DNA of 64,000 nucleotides from Eledone cirrhosa (lineage: Eukaryota), in the NCBI GenBank assembly GCA_964016885.1, contig OZ024743.1, positions 202,244,001 through 202,308,000 of the forward strand, read 5' to 3'. Each line of letters begins with the position of its first letter. Position 1 is the first letter of the stretch. Positions 41,862 through 57,130 of this stretch are shown here, one piece after another. The notes beneath the pieces were generated by a model that saw only the letters and a program-made list of their open reading frames with translations, was not told where the DNA came from and did not search any database. The translations under genes and the position numbers were made by a program.

Positions 41862-42294
41862 TATGTATATGTATATATATATATATATATACACACATAT
41901 ATATGTATATTTATATATTTATATATATTTATATATATGTGCTGCATATATATATACATATAGTTGCATACTATTGTGTGCATGTAAGCATGTGTATACG
42001 TAAAATGGCTTTAACGGTGAATCTGTTATAATTGAATGTGCTGTCGTAGTGAATGCCACGCAACTCCGCATCTGTTACCACATTCTACAGCCTTGCCTTT
42101 AACAGTTTTACACAGGCCACTTGCAGGAAAATTGAGTCTCACATTGGGTCGACTATTCCTTTGTTGTTGTTGTTTTTCTCTTTAGTTTGTATTTTCTAAT
42201 CGCATCCAACTATACACACACTCAGCGACACATATATATCTGTCTGTCTATCTATTTATATATCTATATCTAGTCACTATCTTTATCTCTCTCT

Positions 42295-42390
<96 letters not shown>

Positions 42391-42524
42391 ATCTCTCTCT
42401 TTACACACTCACACACGTATATATATATTCTCTCTCTCCTTCTATCTCTCTCTGTACACACTCACACACGTATATATATATATTCTCTCTCTCTTTCTAT
42501 CTTTCTCTGTATACACTCACACAC

Positions 42525-42595
<71 letters not shown>

Positions 42596-43144
42596 CACAG
42601 ACATACGCAGGCATATACAAAATATACAAATACATAGATGTATATGATTTTTATTGTTGTTTTCTTTGCTTTATACACTCACAAATACACTCATACACAT
42701 CAATACAGAGAACTACTCTCTTCACATCTCTAGTATTTTCTTTATCTTTCTTTTTCACTTCCTCTCTTTTTTTTCTCTCTCTCTATCTATGTCCCGTTTT
42801 CTATGTCTCTCATTTTCTGCATCGGACAATCTCCCTCTCGTTCCTCTTTTCTTTTCCTTTGTACATTTCACTCTCTTTCTCGTTAATCAATTATTAGCTT
42901 TCATTTAACCTAGTAATTCTTCTTCTTCTTCTTCTTCTTCTTCTTCTTCTTCTTCTTCTCCTTTCTTACCCCTTCTCTCACCCCTCCTCTTCCTGCGTTT
43001 TTCTTTCTCACTAACTCTCCAACTCTCCGTTGCTGTCTACAAGTATAGCTCTATAAATGTGTGCTAGTTTTCTCTCCTTCTCTCCCGTCACCTTCGTTGT
43101 CGTTGTCGTCGTCGGCCACCACAATTATCGTCGAAGAAATCCTG

Positions 43145-44632
43145 ATGAATAACTCGAACGCTAACACCGGGATTACTCCTCGGCTTTTCTCGCCGTGGTT
43201 TTCACTTTGTTTGTTTCGCGTTTTTATATTATTGTTGATTCGACCGTGTTTGGGATTCTACGGTGCTTCTTTCAACCCGGCAGTAAAAGACATCACCCAG
43301 GTGGTGTATAAGACTAAATCACAGTGGATCAACGTTACCTCAATGTTGAAAGGGAATATATTTTCAACCAGTCCCAATTTTATGTTCAAGCCCTATCCCA
43401 ATTCGAACCAGAAATTGAAACCGAATCCGAAACAGAATCTAGATTCCCACCGGAATTCTATACCAAACCTGAGTTTAAGTCAAAGCAAAACTGCTATCCC
43501 AAGAAAACGATTCACGCCCACTACTCCGCATTTACTTAGTTTGGATTCGAACCTGGGTCATCGTCATATATCAGCAGTTACTCCTAACAACTTAATGGAC
43601 CAGTCATCGAATAAAAAAAAACTTACGACTGAGAAAATGACAGTATCGAAAAAAGGCAACATGACACCCATCACAAACAATAACAACAGATATGGCATTA
43701 AGATCGACAAACACAAGCATAAACATATTGTTTATAACAAAAGCTTAGACAAAAATAACATCAATAATAACAACACAAACTTCAGCAACAACAACCATAA
43801 AAACAGCAGTAACAACAATTCTATTAACAACAACAGTACCAGCAAGAGCCGTTCTAATGAACACAAAAAAGGCCATGTGCATCAACAGTACAACTTTAGC
43901 AACAAAACTTTCGATAGTGGACGGCTTGACGGCGGCGGTGGTAATAAATCTAGTGACATTATTATAATTAACAAGGTTAATCAAAACGATAAGAATAGTA
44001 GTAAACGACGAATAATCGGTATCGTTCCACACAAGACTACTACGTTAATAACCAAAGAAGCGAGAAATGAAAATACCGGAAACACAACTGTTGTCCTTAA
44101 GGGTTCTTCGAAAGAATCTCCATTAAAGCAAAATAGCGAAATGTCCGACGAAATTCCACATGAACCCCTAAACGAAAAATCCCACAAAAGCATCCATGAA
44201 AATTCCGGTGAAGTGTCCCACGAAAAGTTTCATGAAAGTTTCCACGAAAGTTCCGGTGAAATGTTCCATGAAAAGCCCAGTGAAGAATCCGAAATACCCA
44301 GTGAAACATCCTATGGAAGTTCACAGGAAAGCCCTAGACAGTACTTGCTCCGAGGAGGTAGCGAATGCAGTGCTAATGACATTTATCGTGCTGAAACGCA
44401 AAACACAATTGTCAACGAAACAGAAGTAGAAGTAACAAAAGAAAAAATAGAAACAGAAGGAGGCAATACGGATTTACGAACTACACTTTATATTGGAGGT
44501 TTATTCGAATCTACGGATTTACACTCTTACGGAAGATCGGAATTACACGCAGCTCGTTTGGCAATTAAACATATCAACGAAAAACGCATCATCCCCGGAT
44601 ATAAACTTGATTTGGTGTTCAACGAAAGTTCG
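43145..44632 (+). CDS. First coding exon of a GABA-B receptor-like class C GPCR (R3/R2-like), with a long low-complexity N-terminus
   Basis: ATG at 43145, hydrophobic signal-like segment, 496-codon open frame ending TLYIGGLFES..GRSELHAARLAIKHINEKRIIPGYKLDLVFNESS (start of Venus flytrap domain, resembling Drosophila GABA-B-R3), then phase-0 donor tcg|GTAGGT. Confidence 0.8.
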
Positions 44633-44794
44633 GTAGGTAAACAAAAAGCTTGCCACTTCCCATCACTGTTTACATTTTCGTCTGCTTCGCCTCCTCCCCT
44701 TTCTTTCTTTTCCTCCGCCTTCACCTCTTCTACTTTTCTCCTCCATTTCTAACTACCACTATCATTACTACTACTACTACTAGTAGTACTACTG

Positions 44795-44851
<57 letters not shown>

Positions 44852-44987
44852 GATGTTTGTTTTGTTCTTTTTGAAATTAATTTTTTTTAACTCCTGCAGC
44901 TGCTGACGCTGATGCTGATGCAAAACTGCTACTAATGCTGCTGCAACGACTACTGTTCTTGGTCTTTTTCTGCACGCCTTTCTCCAT

Positions 44988-45022
<35 letters not shown>

Positions 45023-45653
45023 AATTATTATAAAACTGGCAGGGCAGCATGAATGTGTCGGGGGAAGGGTGTGGCAGAAGGACGTGAAGTATATAACAGG
45101 TATATGTGTACAATGGATACAAGAAGTATAACTTAACAGCTAAGGCGCATGGCTTAGTGGTTAGGGTATTCAGCTCACGAGTGTGAAGTCATCTTTTTTG
45201 ATTTCCAATGTTGAGTTGTATCTATAAGCAGGACACATATTTTACGTTGCTTTAGTTCACTCAAGTTGGAAAAAATGCGTTTCTGAGTAATCTAACTGCG
45301 TAATACATTCTATAAAAAAAATTCTAATCAGTGAGCAATATTATACAATTATTAGCAACTCTATCACAATAGTTCGTCAAAAACGACCATATCTATGAAA
45401 CACTGATGAGGTTACAATAAAGCAGAAACACACTCGGAGAATCTATCGTGTTTGCCGAAACAATACCTATAGAAATAATCAATGGTTTAAATTGCTTCTT
45501 TTGTAATTTTCGCTTTTTTTACTTTCCAATATAAATATTTGTATTTAGCAATATAATAGGCGCTGTGTTATATCTGTTAAAATTAAGTACTTTAAGAAAC
45601 ATGACTATATATATATATATGTGTGTGTGTGTGTGGTGTATATATACACACAC

Positions 45654-45725
<72 letters not shown>

Positions 45726-45727
<2 letters not shown>

Positions 45728-46051
45728 CAAAACAGGATGAAATCGAAAATGCAACTGGAGTCTTATTTTTTTTTAATAAATATATTTATTTGGTTCCTTT
45801 ACCGGTTTCGCAGTTCTTCTGCTTTTCAAAAGTAGAGTTGAGATGGAGGGTCTGTGGTTTAGACCCTCCATCTAAACTCACCTTTTGAAAAGCAGAAGAA
45901 CTGCGAAACCGGTAAAGGAACCAGATAAATATATATATTTAAAAAAAAATAAGACTCCAGTTGCATTTTCGATTTCATATTTTTTCCTTTATACTTTCAC
46001 TCGTGTAGGACACCTCGGTTATTTTTCATTTAAAAAAAAACGTCACTTTCT
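45726..46051 (+). mobile_element. Short fold-back element, family J
   Basis: Arms 45737-45853 and 45861-45978; tail to 46051; (TA)n flanks; same family as 46696-48156. Confidence 0.8.
45881..45918 (+). ncRNA. Minimal hammerhead ribozyme with U3-A8 variant core
   Basis: cctt-TTGAAAA-gcag aagaa ctgc-GAAA-ccgg-TA-aagg; identical at 46833-46870 (-) and 48043-48080 (+). Confidence 0.75.
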
Positions 46052-46176
46052 TATATATATATATATATACTACGTTGCTCCATTGCACTTATTTCATAAA
46101 TATTGTTTGTTTTGTATAATTCAAATATTTCAATGTGCTAGAACTGTCACGCTGCCATACCATATATGTATGTATC

Positions 46177-46274
<98 letters not shown>

Positions 46275-46299
46275 AGTGTGTGTGAGTGAGAGAGAGAGA

Positions 46300-46330
<31 letters not shown>

Positions 46331-46695
46331 ACTACGTGTGTGCGTGCCTGCGTGTGTGTGTCAGAGAGAGTGTGTGTGTTAAATGAAGTACTAAAGACAG
46401 AGCCGAGCATTGTCTCTGATATATATATATATATATATTGGTGAACGGAATAGAAAATGCTGACAAATTGTTCACAGTTGAAAAATAGTTTAATTAGGAA
46501 TAAAAGAGTATTAGTAATTGTATTGGTTGTGGTTTTAAGTTTTTACCGGTTGCGCATTTCTAAAAGGTTTTCAAGAATAATTTTGAGATAGAGCGTCCGT
46601 GTTGTTAGCTCTGATCTGAATTATATATGAATTACAGGTGGTGGCACCAAAACAAGCACTCTATGCACAGGCAGACTATATATATATATATATAT

Positions 46696-48256
<1,561 letters not shown>

Positions 48257-48674
48257 TGCGCGTGTGTGTGCTAGATATATGACTGAATTCTTCAAAAATT
48301 GACACATTCTTTCAAATAATGTTATTACAATACAAAGTTCACATTCCACATACAAATCCATGGGCTCTTATCCTACACTTTTCATTTTGAAAAGTTACTT
48401 ATTCATTATATCATGTATGTCATTAGTACTTATAAGCTGAACAATAATGGAAATAATTCTTTGATATAAATTAGTAAAACATCTTTCATATCTTTAACCA
48501 CATCCACGTGTTATCAGCAACTATCTTATACTATAATATTTTTTTACACAAATCATTCATATGTGAAAATAAATTTGTATGATTGTTTATATATCAAGTA
48601 ATCGTGATATATACATAAATACATGATGAGGATTATCATGTTGATATACATAGCATACTAATCTCGCGCTTCTA

Positions 48675-49030
48675 TTCTTCTTCTTCGCCCACTTCTTCAT
48701 GTGAGGGTCGTGGGGGGTCAATGTTATCAAGCACACATTCCAGTGGGTCCTGTCAGAAACATCCGTCACCAACTGATCCGGCTGGATCCCCAAGCGACAC
48801 TAGTCGAGCTCATGAATGTTATTCAAACATCTTACTCGGTGTCTACCCGTGGGTCTCTTGCTCGTTGACTTTGCCAGTAAAATCTGACCAGCAATTCATT
48901 TCTGAAACATTCTGACATGTCCGTAATATTGGAGATGTGATCTCTCAATTCGGAGAAGTAGTGGAGAAGTAACGATACTCCAAAAACTCTTCGGAGGCAG
49001 CCTATTTCGGCCGCTACTATTCGCGATATT
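48675..49030 (-). mobile_element. RTE-like LINE 3' fragment
   Basis: (GAA)-type tail; homologous to 50925-51410; flanked by a diverged ~70-bp direct repeat. Confidence 0.6.
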
Positions 49031-50924
49031 CACATACATACACGATGATCATCATCATCACATTGATATGTATAGCATACCAATCCCGGGCTTGAAAAAC
49101 TAAATACGTTCCCCACCTTTGTCGTTGTCGTTGACAGCACGGCTCCACTCATCAACATAAAATACACTATTTCATCAGCTGTTATACTACAACCTGCGTT
49201 GACATAACACACTCTTCAGATATAACTAGGTACTATAATATCTTTCACGCTGTTGGCAATATATATGCTGTTATATTACTATCTTTTTCTTACGACAAAC
49301 AATATAAAACCTACAATAGTACTATTGTTCATATACAAGCTGCTACTGAACTAATCCTCTTATATTACAATAAATTATATAAATTACAACCCTTGCCATA
49401 CGATAGTCAATATATTTTGTTGTTGATACAGCTTCCTCCATTCCGACGGGGCTTGTTCGAACTGGAGATAAGCCTGTTCATGAAATTAACCAACAAAAAA
49501 GTGGCTGAGTATTCTACAGATAAGTTCACCATTTAACGTAATCCTCAGGTGGATTAAGCATGCACAATGTGAAGAGTTTGGTAATTTAAAATAAAAGAAC
49601 AACTAATTTTCACAAGCTAAGTAGGTTATTTGAGAATCGTGAAATATTTTCTCAGGATTGATTTAACCTTTGCTTTACTCAGACACAATGATCTGCTGGG
49701 AATCGAACTTACCACCTTGCAATCGTGAACCGAAAACGCTAACAATTAAGACAGGCGCTTTCAGAGTTACAGTATATAACCTCGTGTTGAAGCAACAGTC
49801 AATATATAATCTGAAGCTCTACTATTTTATTCATGCCTCCGTCACGGTGTAATCTGTAACTTTGCCACCTGTTATGTTACCGTCAATGGTGGATTTGACA
49901 ATAAACATTCAGTTGTTTTATCATTTGAGAATGTGACCGGTGAGATAACGAGTAAGTAGTTCCACAAACATGTGCAGCCCAAACGTAATCCCCAAACCGA
50001 ATTAGTGAATCAACAATACACATTTTATGACAAAATAAATGTGTTCACCATCAATACGACGGACCCCATACTTGGGCTTCGGTTGATTCGAGACTATGGT
50101 AAATGACCTTGTCTCAGATGTCATGCAATGGTATCAAACCCGGTACCTCGTAATTTCGAAGTGAACTCCTCAGTCACTTAGTCACTCTGCCACCTCCTTC
50201 GTACCACATCTTTCGTAACACATACTATAGATAAGCCTTTACTGTACCATGTCTGTAATGTCATGATGAAAATACTCTTCGATATTATAGCACACCTGCC
50301 GGACAATATACCATGTATAAAAGGGTATTGTACCGCCTCTACCACACGACAAGCAACACATGCTGTACCCCGTGTCGTAACACAGGATTTATATAGCCTG
50401 ACACAATTGTATCTCTGTCGAAGCATAGACATTGAAGAATCTGGAAACAAACCAACTCCACCTTACACCTATCATCATATAATATAGCATACGATAAAGA
50501 TCAGTAAAACTGTCTCTGACTTCGTCATAATGATTGTTAATGTCCTAATCATCACAACTACTACTTCTTTCTTTTTCTACTTATTTCCTTTCTACATATA
50601 TCATTATTTTCTATTTCTATGTAAAGTATACAATATCTCTCAAGACATCTGGCGTATGATAAACCCGTCTGCTATCGGCCAACACATCTGGGTGACAGTC
50701 AGGATCGGCACTACCATTAAAGCCAACGAGGCAGCAGCATCGAGCATAAATCTATATTACTAAACCTTAAAGGATTCAAGTTTTTTACGAATTTGTATAA
50801 TTAAAATAAATGTGTAATAAATATACAATAATTAAATTATTAATCATATCAGTTTTATGAAAACAACCAAAGTGGTGGAGAGGGTCACATTCTTTTATAA
50901 CATTTAGGTGATATAGTGTGTAGA

Positions 50925-51410
50925 TTCTTCTTCGTCTTCGTCCACTTATTCCAAAGAGGGTCTTGGGGGCAGAGTCCACAAACACTCCTTCCAGCAGGTC
51001 CTGTCAGGAGCAATCGCCGCCAATTGATCAGGCTGGACCCGCAAGGAGACTAGTCAAGCTCATATAAGTTGTACCATCTTGCTCTGGGTCTAAATCTGGT
51101 ATCCTGTCGGATGGTTTTGCCCGTAACATCTGTCCATCGAGTCTTTCCTGAGACATATTAACCACATGCTCATAGTATCGGAGCTGTGATTTCGCAATTC
51201 GGAGAAGTAGCGGCTCTACCTGGAGTGACTCTCTGATCTCCGAGGTACCTATTCTATCGAGAAAGTTACTCAAAAGACCCATCAGAGGAAACCCCATTTT
51301 CGTCGCTTGTATTCGCGATCGTATTCTTTTGGTCATTACCCAATATTCCTGTCCATAAGAAAGGTTGGCACGAATAACGCATTGAAGATAGCGAGTCAGG
51401 CTTTTACACC
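50925..51410 (-). pseudogene. RTE-like LINE RT C-terminal fragment
   Basis: LSYGQEYWVMTKRIRSRIQATKMGF..EIRESLQVEPLLLRIAKSQLRYYEHVVNM. Confidence 0.7.
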
Positions 51411-52299
51411 GACCTACTTCTTCTGATTATGTGGTAGAGAATATAAAATAAGTAATTTTCTTAACGTGATCAACGTTCGTCAGTTTTTCAAACTGTAAGT
51501 TGTAGGTATGATATTGAGAGGAATGGGGTTTATAACTGTAGGAAAGACGCTCATGATATAGGGCTAAACTAAAGCGTTAAAAACAATTACTGACAACATT
51601 AAGCAGCTGGTTCCCAATGATTTATCTGCGGATCTCATTTATCTGTATATAATCGATTATATGCCATGCGAACTGAGGCAGAAGGTCTCAGATTTCGGAG
51701 TGGAGGGTGTATAATCAATTAACACCTAAACACATGATAACGCAATTTATCCATTCTTGGAAGGATAAACGGCGAAGGCAACCTCGGAAGGATCTGAAAT
51801 CAGTTTGTAAATATCCACAGCCTGATACGTCTTTGCCAGCCGTACCTTTCGCCAATCTTCTATAATATAAGTAAATACATAGAACTTCTATATATGTAAG
51901 GAGAGAAAACAATTAAAATAACAGTCTAACAAACAATCATTAGAGGAAATAGATGATGATGATGATGGTGATGATGATGAGGATAATGATGATGATGATG
52001 TTGTTCTTGATGAGGATAATGGTGAGGAGGACACTGATGCTGCTGCTGGTGATGATGATGATGATAAGGAGTTGATGAAGGTGATGGTGCTGATGTTGAT
52101 GCTGATGCTGACAGCTCAATTATAATTTCTCCTCCTTATTTAAATTACTGACGTGTTTCAGCTTAAACGAGTTTTCATCAGTATTATGTATATCAACACC
52201 ATATGATTATTATAAATAATAATTGTTTCTACTTTTGGCACAAGGCCAACAATTACCCAGTGCATTACTGGTACTTTATTTTATCGACCCCGTAATGGA

Positions 52300-54470
52300 T
52301 TCCTTTTATGGCCACAAGGGCCTACATATAGGGGAAAATACAAAGACAGGACCTGTAGGGGTTTACAATGAAATCGAATCAAAAATACATAATAAAAACA
52401 ATCAATAAAATATATATGAAAATATGTAAAAATATAAGAATATTCAAAAATATTCTCGACACATTCACCCACCTTTTAGCAAATATACTGGGGAGAAAGA
52501 ACTTCTCTCTCTACTCTCACCTTCCTTTCCACTTGAATAATTTGATGAGGGATTGGCTGAAAAGAAACGTGTCTGTCTTCAATCCTTTGAAACTGGTCCA
52601 CCACACAAACTCTTTTGCTACTGCCACCAGACAGAGTAAAATTGCCTGTCCTTCCTGGTCAAAATAAGGCGGCGGGGTAATCTTCACTATGGACGCGTTC
52701 GATAACCGGATTCGTCCTACACGCGATAATAGCTGTTCGACATAATTACGCAAGTCAGTATGACACGAACAGTGAACGATTGCATGCAGAAAGGTTTCGT
52801 CGCTTACCGAGCATCTCGGACAAGTCCGTGTGATATCACTTCCGTGTCTGTAGTGTTTATCTCGAACAGGCAGTGCCCCCCGGTAGTACTACCAAGTGAG
52901 GGATTTCTGGAAGGTATCCATTCTTCCCAGCTCGAAAGTCCTCCATCACTGACTGGTAAATTCAATTTAGTCGATGCCCAGATCTACCCCGAGTGCATCG
53001 TCTCACTTTCCCATAACTAATCCTTTATAGTACTCGAAGTTTCACTAATAACATGCCCGCATGGTAGAGGGGTGTGCAGTGAGCATCCAGCAACATTTCA
53101 GATGCCAGGCACCCAGTCTAGGTCTTTTCTTGACCCAGGACTGCGACTCACTCAAAAGGACGAGCTGTGGAAAGGCCGGTTTCACTGACGGCGACCGTAC
53201 CTTTTCACCGTTTAGGCAGAATATCTGAAGATGCCCTAGCCCCAGCGCGTGTTTAAGCACCATCAACCACTGCAGTCCCTGTCATCCGCAGATGATAGGC
53301 CGTCTCACCAATGGAACATTTGCCTTCCACAAACAGCGGAAGAGGAAGAGTTTCAATTTGGTGAGGTGTGAACGGGGGCAATGTGTGACTTTGAGGCGGT
53401 AGTAGGTGACCGGTATGATGTACACTTTTGTCACCTTAGCAAGACCTTTCAGAGATAGTTTATGTGTGATAGTGGCCAGCCTTCTTGTTACCTCGTCACA
53501 GTTCTTATCCACCTTCATGTCCGGGCCAAAGCAGACACCGAGCAAATTTATCGTTCCGTCCGTCCAGCGTCCGACGAAGCAGTTGAACGGCATAGATTCG
53601 CCTCTTCAGGTGCTGAGCTGCAAAACCACCGACCTTTCTAGGTTAAGTCTTGCTTCAGTCAACCTTTCATATTCTTCTCAGTAGGTGCCGAACAACTCGA
53701 TTTCCGACGGGGGCGAAACCATCACGGTGTTGTCGTCTGCATATGCTGACACAGCCCTTCCACGCCCCGTTCCGTGCGGGTTGCCAAGCAACAGCTCCAG
53801 CTTAAGAAATAAAGGCTCGAGAGGCAATACGTACATAAGAGAGGAGAGATGGCTCCCTTGACGGAACCATCACACAGTAAAACGATTGTGAATTGTGGCC
53901 ATTTACTTTGACCACCAAACAAATGCCACTGTGCATTACAGCGATCCAGCTTCTGAAGACGGGACCGAAGTCAGCTGTCTTGAGGATAGCCTCCCAGTAT
54001 CGGTGGTCGATTGAAAGGTTTCGATTGATCAATTTTTATCAGAGGCCACCGAAGCCAGGTTTACAACCTACCCTATCTATTATCTATAGCATGAAGTGGA
54101 GGTTGTCATTTATGGACCTTGTCGGGATTTCGAAAGAGAACACGTCTCCTACCTTCAACAAAATGCGCCAAACTCTTCGCTAAAACCTTGGCCAACATCT
54201 TAAACTCTGTGTTCAACAGAGTTATGGGTCTGAAACTGTCTAATGTTTCCCTCTTGTTCTTGTCTTTCGTCTTTAGCATTACTAAACCCCGGCTCACAGA
54301 ACTGGGATTACACCCGCACGAACATAACAACATCCACGACACTACTGGGCTCTCCATCCTGGCCGCAAATCCCGTGCCAAACTTGTTAAAACGTTTTGCC
54401 AAACTCCAATTTTCCAACCTGTTCTCCCTCTCTCCTAGGTCACCATTTCCTAAAGAAGGAGCTATGTCCT
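52300..54470 (-). mobile_element. Decayed L1/Tx1-clade LINE (RT region and 3' end) adjoining a truncated SINE
   Basis: FRPITLLNTEFKMLAKVLA, DHRYWEAILK..FGPVFRSWI, AYADD, LLGVCFG; many frameshifts; SINE 52220-52295 stops at its 3' end. Confidence 0.8.
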
Positions 54471-54549
54471 ATCGTTGAACCCTCTCATAATGAAAAGGCT
54501 TTGTATTGTTTCAAATCCGTATTTGTATTGTATTTCCTTGTTATATATA

Positions 54550-55495
54550 GAAATATCTCTAGTAAATCAGCCGCACCTATGCGCAACGTAGCACCAAATT
54601 ATAAGCATAAACACATCACAGTATCACAACCGCAAGCGCATACAAACGCGCAGCAGCAAAACCCAAATGGGCATAAATCACAACCCACATATAATAGAGT
54701 ACTAAACAGCAGTGTAGAAGCTGCACAAAATAGCACATCAAACTGTAACTCTCACCTACCGGATAGGTGCCCATTGGCGAAAAGATGTCTCGATTCGAGC
54801 CTAGTGTACATGTGCACGGTCAACTCGGATAACTCCACCTGGCATTACATTGGATCCACCGCGGGTTCTTTTAAAAAAAGATGGTATGTGCACAGACACT
54901 CGATGAAAAATCGTGCACTTATGGGTTCCATAACCCTCGCCAAAAAAATATGGGAACTGAAGGACAACAACACTAACTACAGTATTAACTGGTTGAGGTT
55001 GTCGGCTGCTAAAACCTATAGTACAGGTATGTCCCACTGCGGGCTATGTTATCTAGAACTAATGTATATCTTTAAAAATGTAAAAAGGCTACTTAACAAT
55101 AAGCTCGGAAGATCTATCTTCTGCAGACATAGAATTGCCACTAAATTCATAAGATTCAAACCTTCGTGAATCGAACCAACATAACATAGCTTTAAACTAG
55201 GATACCCACTACTCTGCATGAATCACCACAGAAATATACTCATTAAGTACATTCTAGCCTTCTCAGTTATATACCACACAAATGTCTGTAAGTACCTCAT
55301 CAACCCATAAACTTATTTCTTCTTAGTTGCTGTCATCACATGATCCTAAATCCAATAATTTTTCCAAAACACTACTACAATGTAACTTTACCTTCCTCTT
55401 GCCATAATTATAGTCCGCATGTTTTTCTCTTTGCATGTATGTATGTATTTGTACGAGTGTGTATTGATGTGTATGTATATGTATGTGTGCACGTG

Positions 55496-55562
<67 letters not shown>

Positions 55563-56336
55563 CCTCCTTAACCTCTGTATTGACTTGCCCATTATTTAGC
55601 TTTGACAGTGTTGTCCTATACATGTATGTTATTCAGGATGGAAAATAAAGACTATATTCTCATCTAATATAGACCACACAAATTCTACTCAGTGATAAAT
55701 GCTTCGTCGGTCAGATAAAAACTGAACATTACGGCCACCTGAGCTACATTGTTTATAAACACCGGCTTATCTTTACAATTGATATAATACACCCTACGAC
55801 ATTCTTTACATGTCAACTTTATACTTCTGCTTCATGTCAGCTAGTTTTACACGCCAAAATCTTAGATACACTATACACCCCACCTAGTATAATGTCAGGA
55901 TCATCCAAATAATTTATTACTAGCATTGTTGTAATTGTTGTTATTGTTCTAACTGAATGCCATTACTACTTCATATAGTAGCCTGTATATTCCTTTCATG
56001 CCTGTATATCCTCTTCATTCTCGCATGCTCCGAAGAAATCACTGGTTATAATTTGGTATTGGCGATCGAGTAACGTGAAAACAAGCGAATAGCGATCTCT
56101 AGACCTACCAGTTCAGAGAAACAACTGTCAGCAATGAGATTAAAAACCTTTTTTGTATAGCAAACCGTGTCAATCTCCAAGTGTTTACGACATAGGAATT
56201 ACAGCATACTCGCAACATCACTATGAAAACGCCTTGTTGAGTCAAACTTAGACAAGCGTTGATATCATCCACTACCCGGAATTCCATAACTGGACTACAC
56301 CTAAGTGGACTGCATATAACTATTATTTTTTACCCC

Positions 56337-56338
<2 letters not shown>
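54550..56338 (+). mobile_element. 5'-truncated PLE (Hydra-clade-like GIY-YIG) with 3' UTR and HHR
   Basis: NCN..CPL..CL..LVY..YIGST..FKKRW..H..TLAKKIWELK..INW..Y..CGLC..E..LLN; ends in (TA)n. Confidence 0.75.
56020..56138 (+). ncRNA. Hammerhead-like motif (U4C core, long stem II)
   Basis: ctcgcatgct-CCGAAGA-[..actggt..accagt..]-GAAA-caactg-TC-agcaatgag. Confidence 0.5.
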
Positions 56339-56390
<52 letters not shown>

Positions 56391-56396
<6 letters not shown>

Positions 56397-56717
56397 TCTG
56401 AAGACGGCGGGTAGTGAAGACTTATGTATATTTTCTTACTATAATATTTTGTAATATATTTTACATAGATCAATAATAGAATGGACATACGGGAACTACC
56501 CCCCAGAAAAGACCGTAAAATAATGAGTTGTACTGTGTATTAACGGTTTTTGTTTAATTTCATTGTTTTACTATTTGTATTTTTGACTCTGTATCGAATG
56601 AATTATATCGTTGAAAATTTTATATTTTAAACTTTGCTTCACGACATCTTCTACATACGGATTACATTGAGTTCTTCATGCGATTTAGACCCTACTATTA
56701 ATTGGTGGATTTATCTG
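56391..56717 (+). mobile_element. PLE-type 3' end beginning exactly at a long-stem-II HHR (56391-56524)
   Basis: attattt-CTGAAGA-[gggtagt..actaccc]-GAAA-agaccg-TA-aaataat; tail homologous to 1976-2172. Confidence 0.65.
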
Positions 56718-56723
56718 TATATA

Positions 56724-56756
<33 letters not shown>

Positions 56757-56784
56757 ATATACATGTATATATACATGTATATAT

Positions 56785-57010
56785 GTTCGTTTTGGGATTT
56801 GTTTTGCGAGATTTCTTATCTGGAAACGTGTGGTGAAACAGAGATTGTTATACTTTGTAAGGGTCGTGTTGCCAATAAAAACACACGCACCTGCTAGTTT
56901 TCACTTTATTATACATTTCCAGTTGGCTGGTTGGTTCGATAACCGGAAGATTGTCTATGCATTGTCAAATATCTTTCGTCACACATACTGTAACCTCCTC
57001 AGTGACTAGG
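56785..57010 (-). mobile_element. Short 3' end of the 15947-18430 PLE lineage, with HHR at 56964-57006
   Basis: Clear similarity to 15947-16205; gtca-CTGAGGA-ggttacagtatgtgtgac-GAAA-gata-TT-tgac. Confidence 0.75.
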
Positions 57011-57062
57011 TATATATATATACATATGTATGCATATATATGTATATACTTATAAATGTATG

Positions 57063-57130
<68 letters not shown>

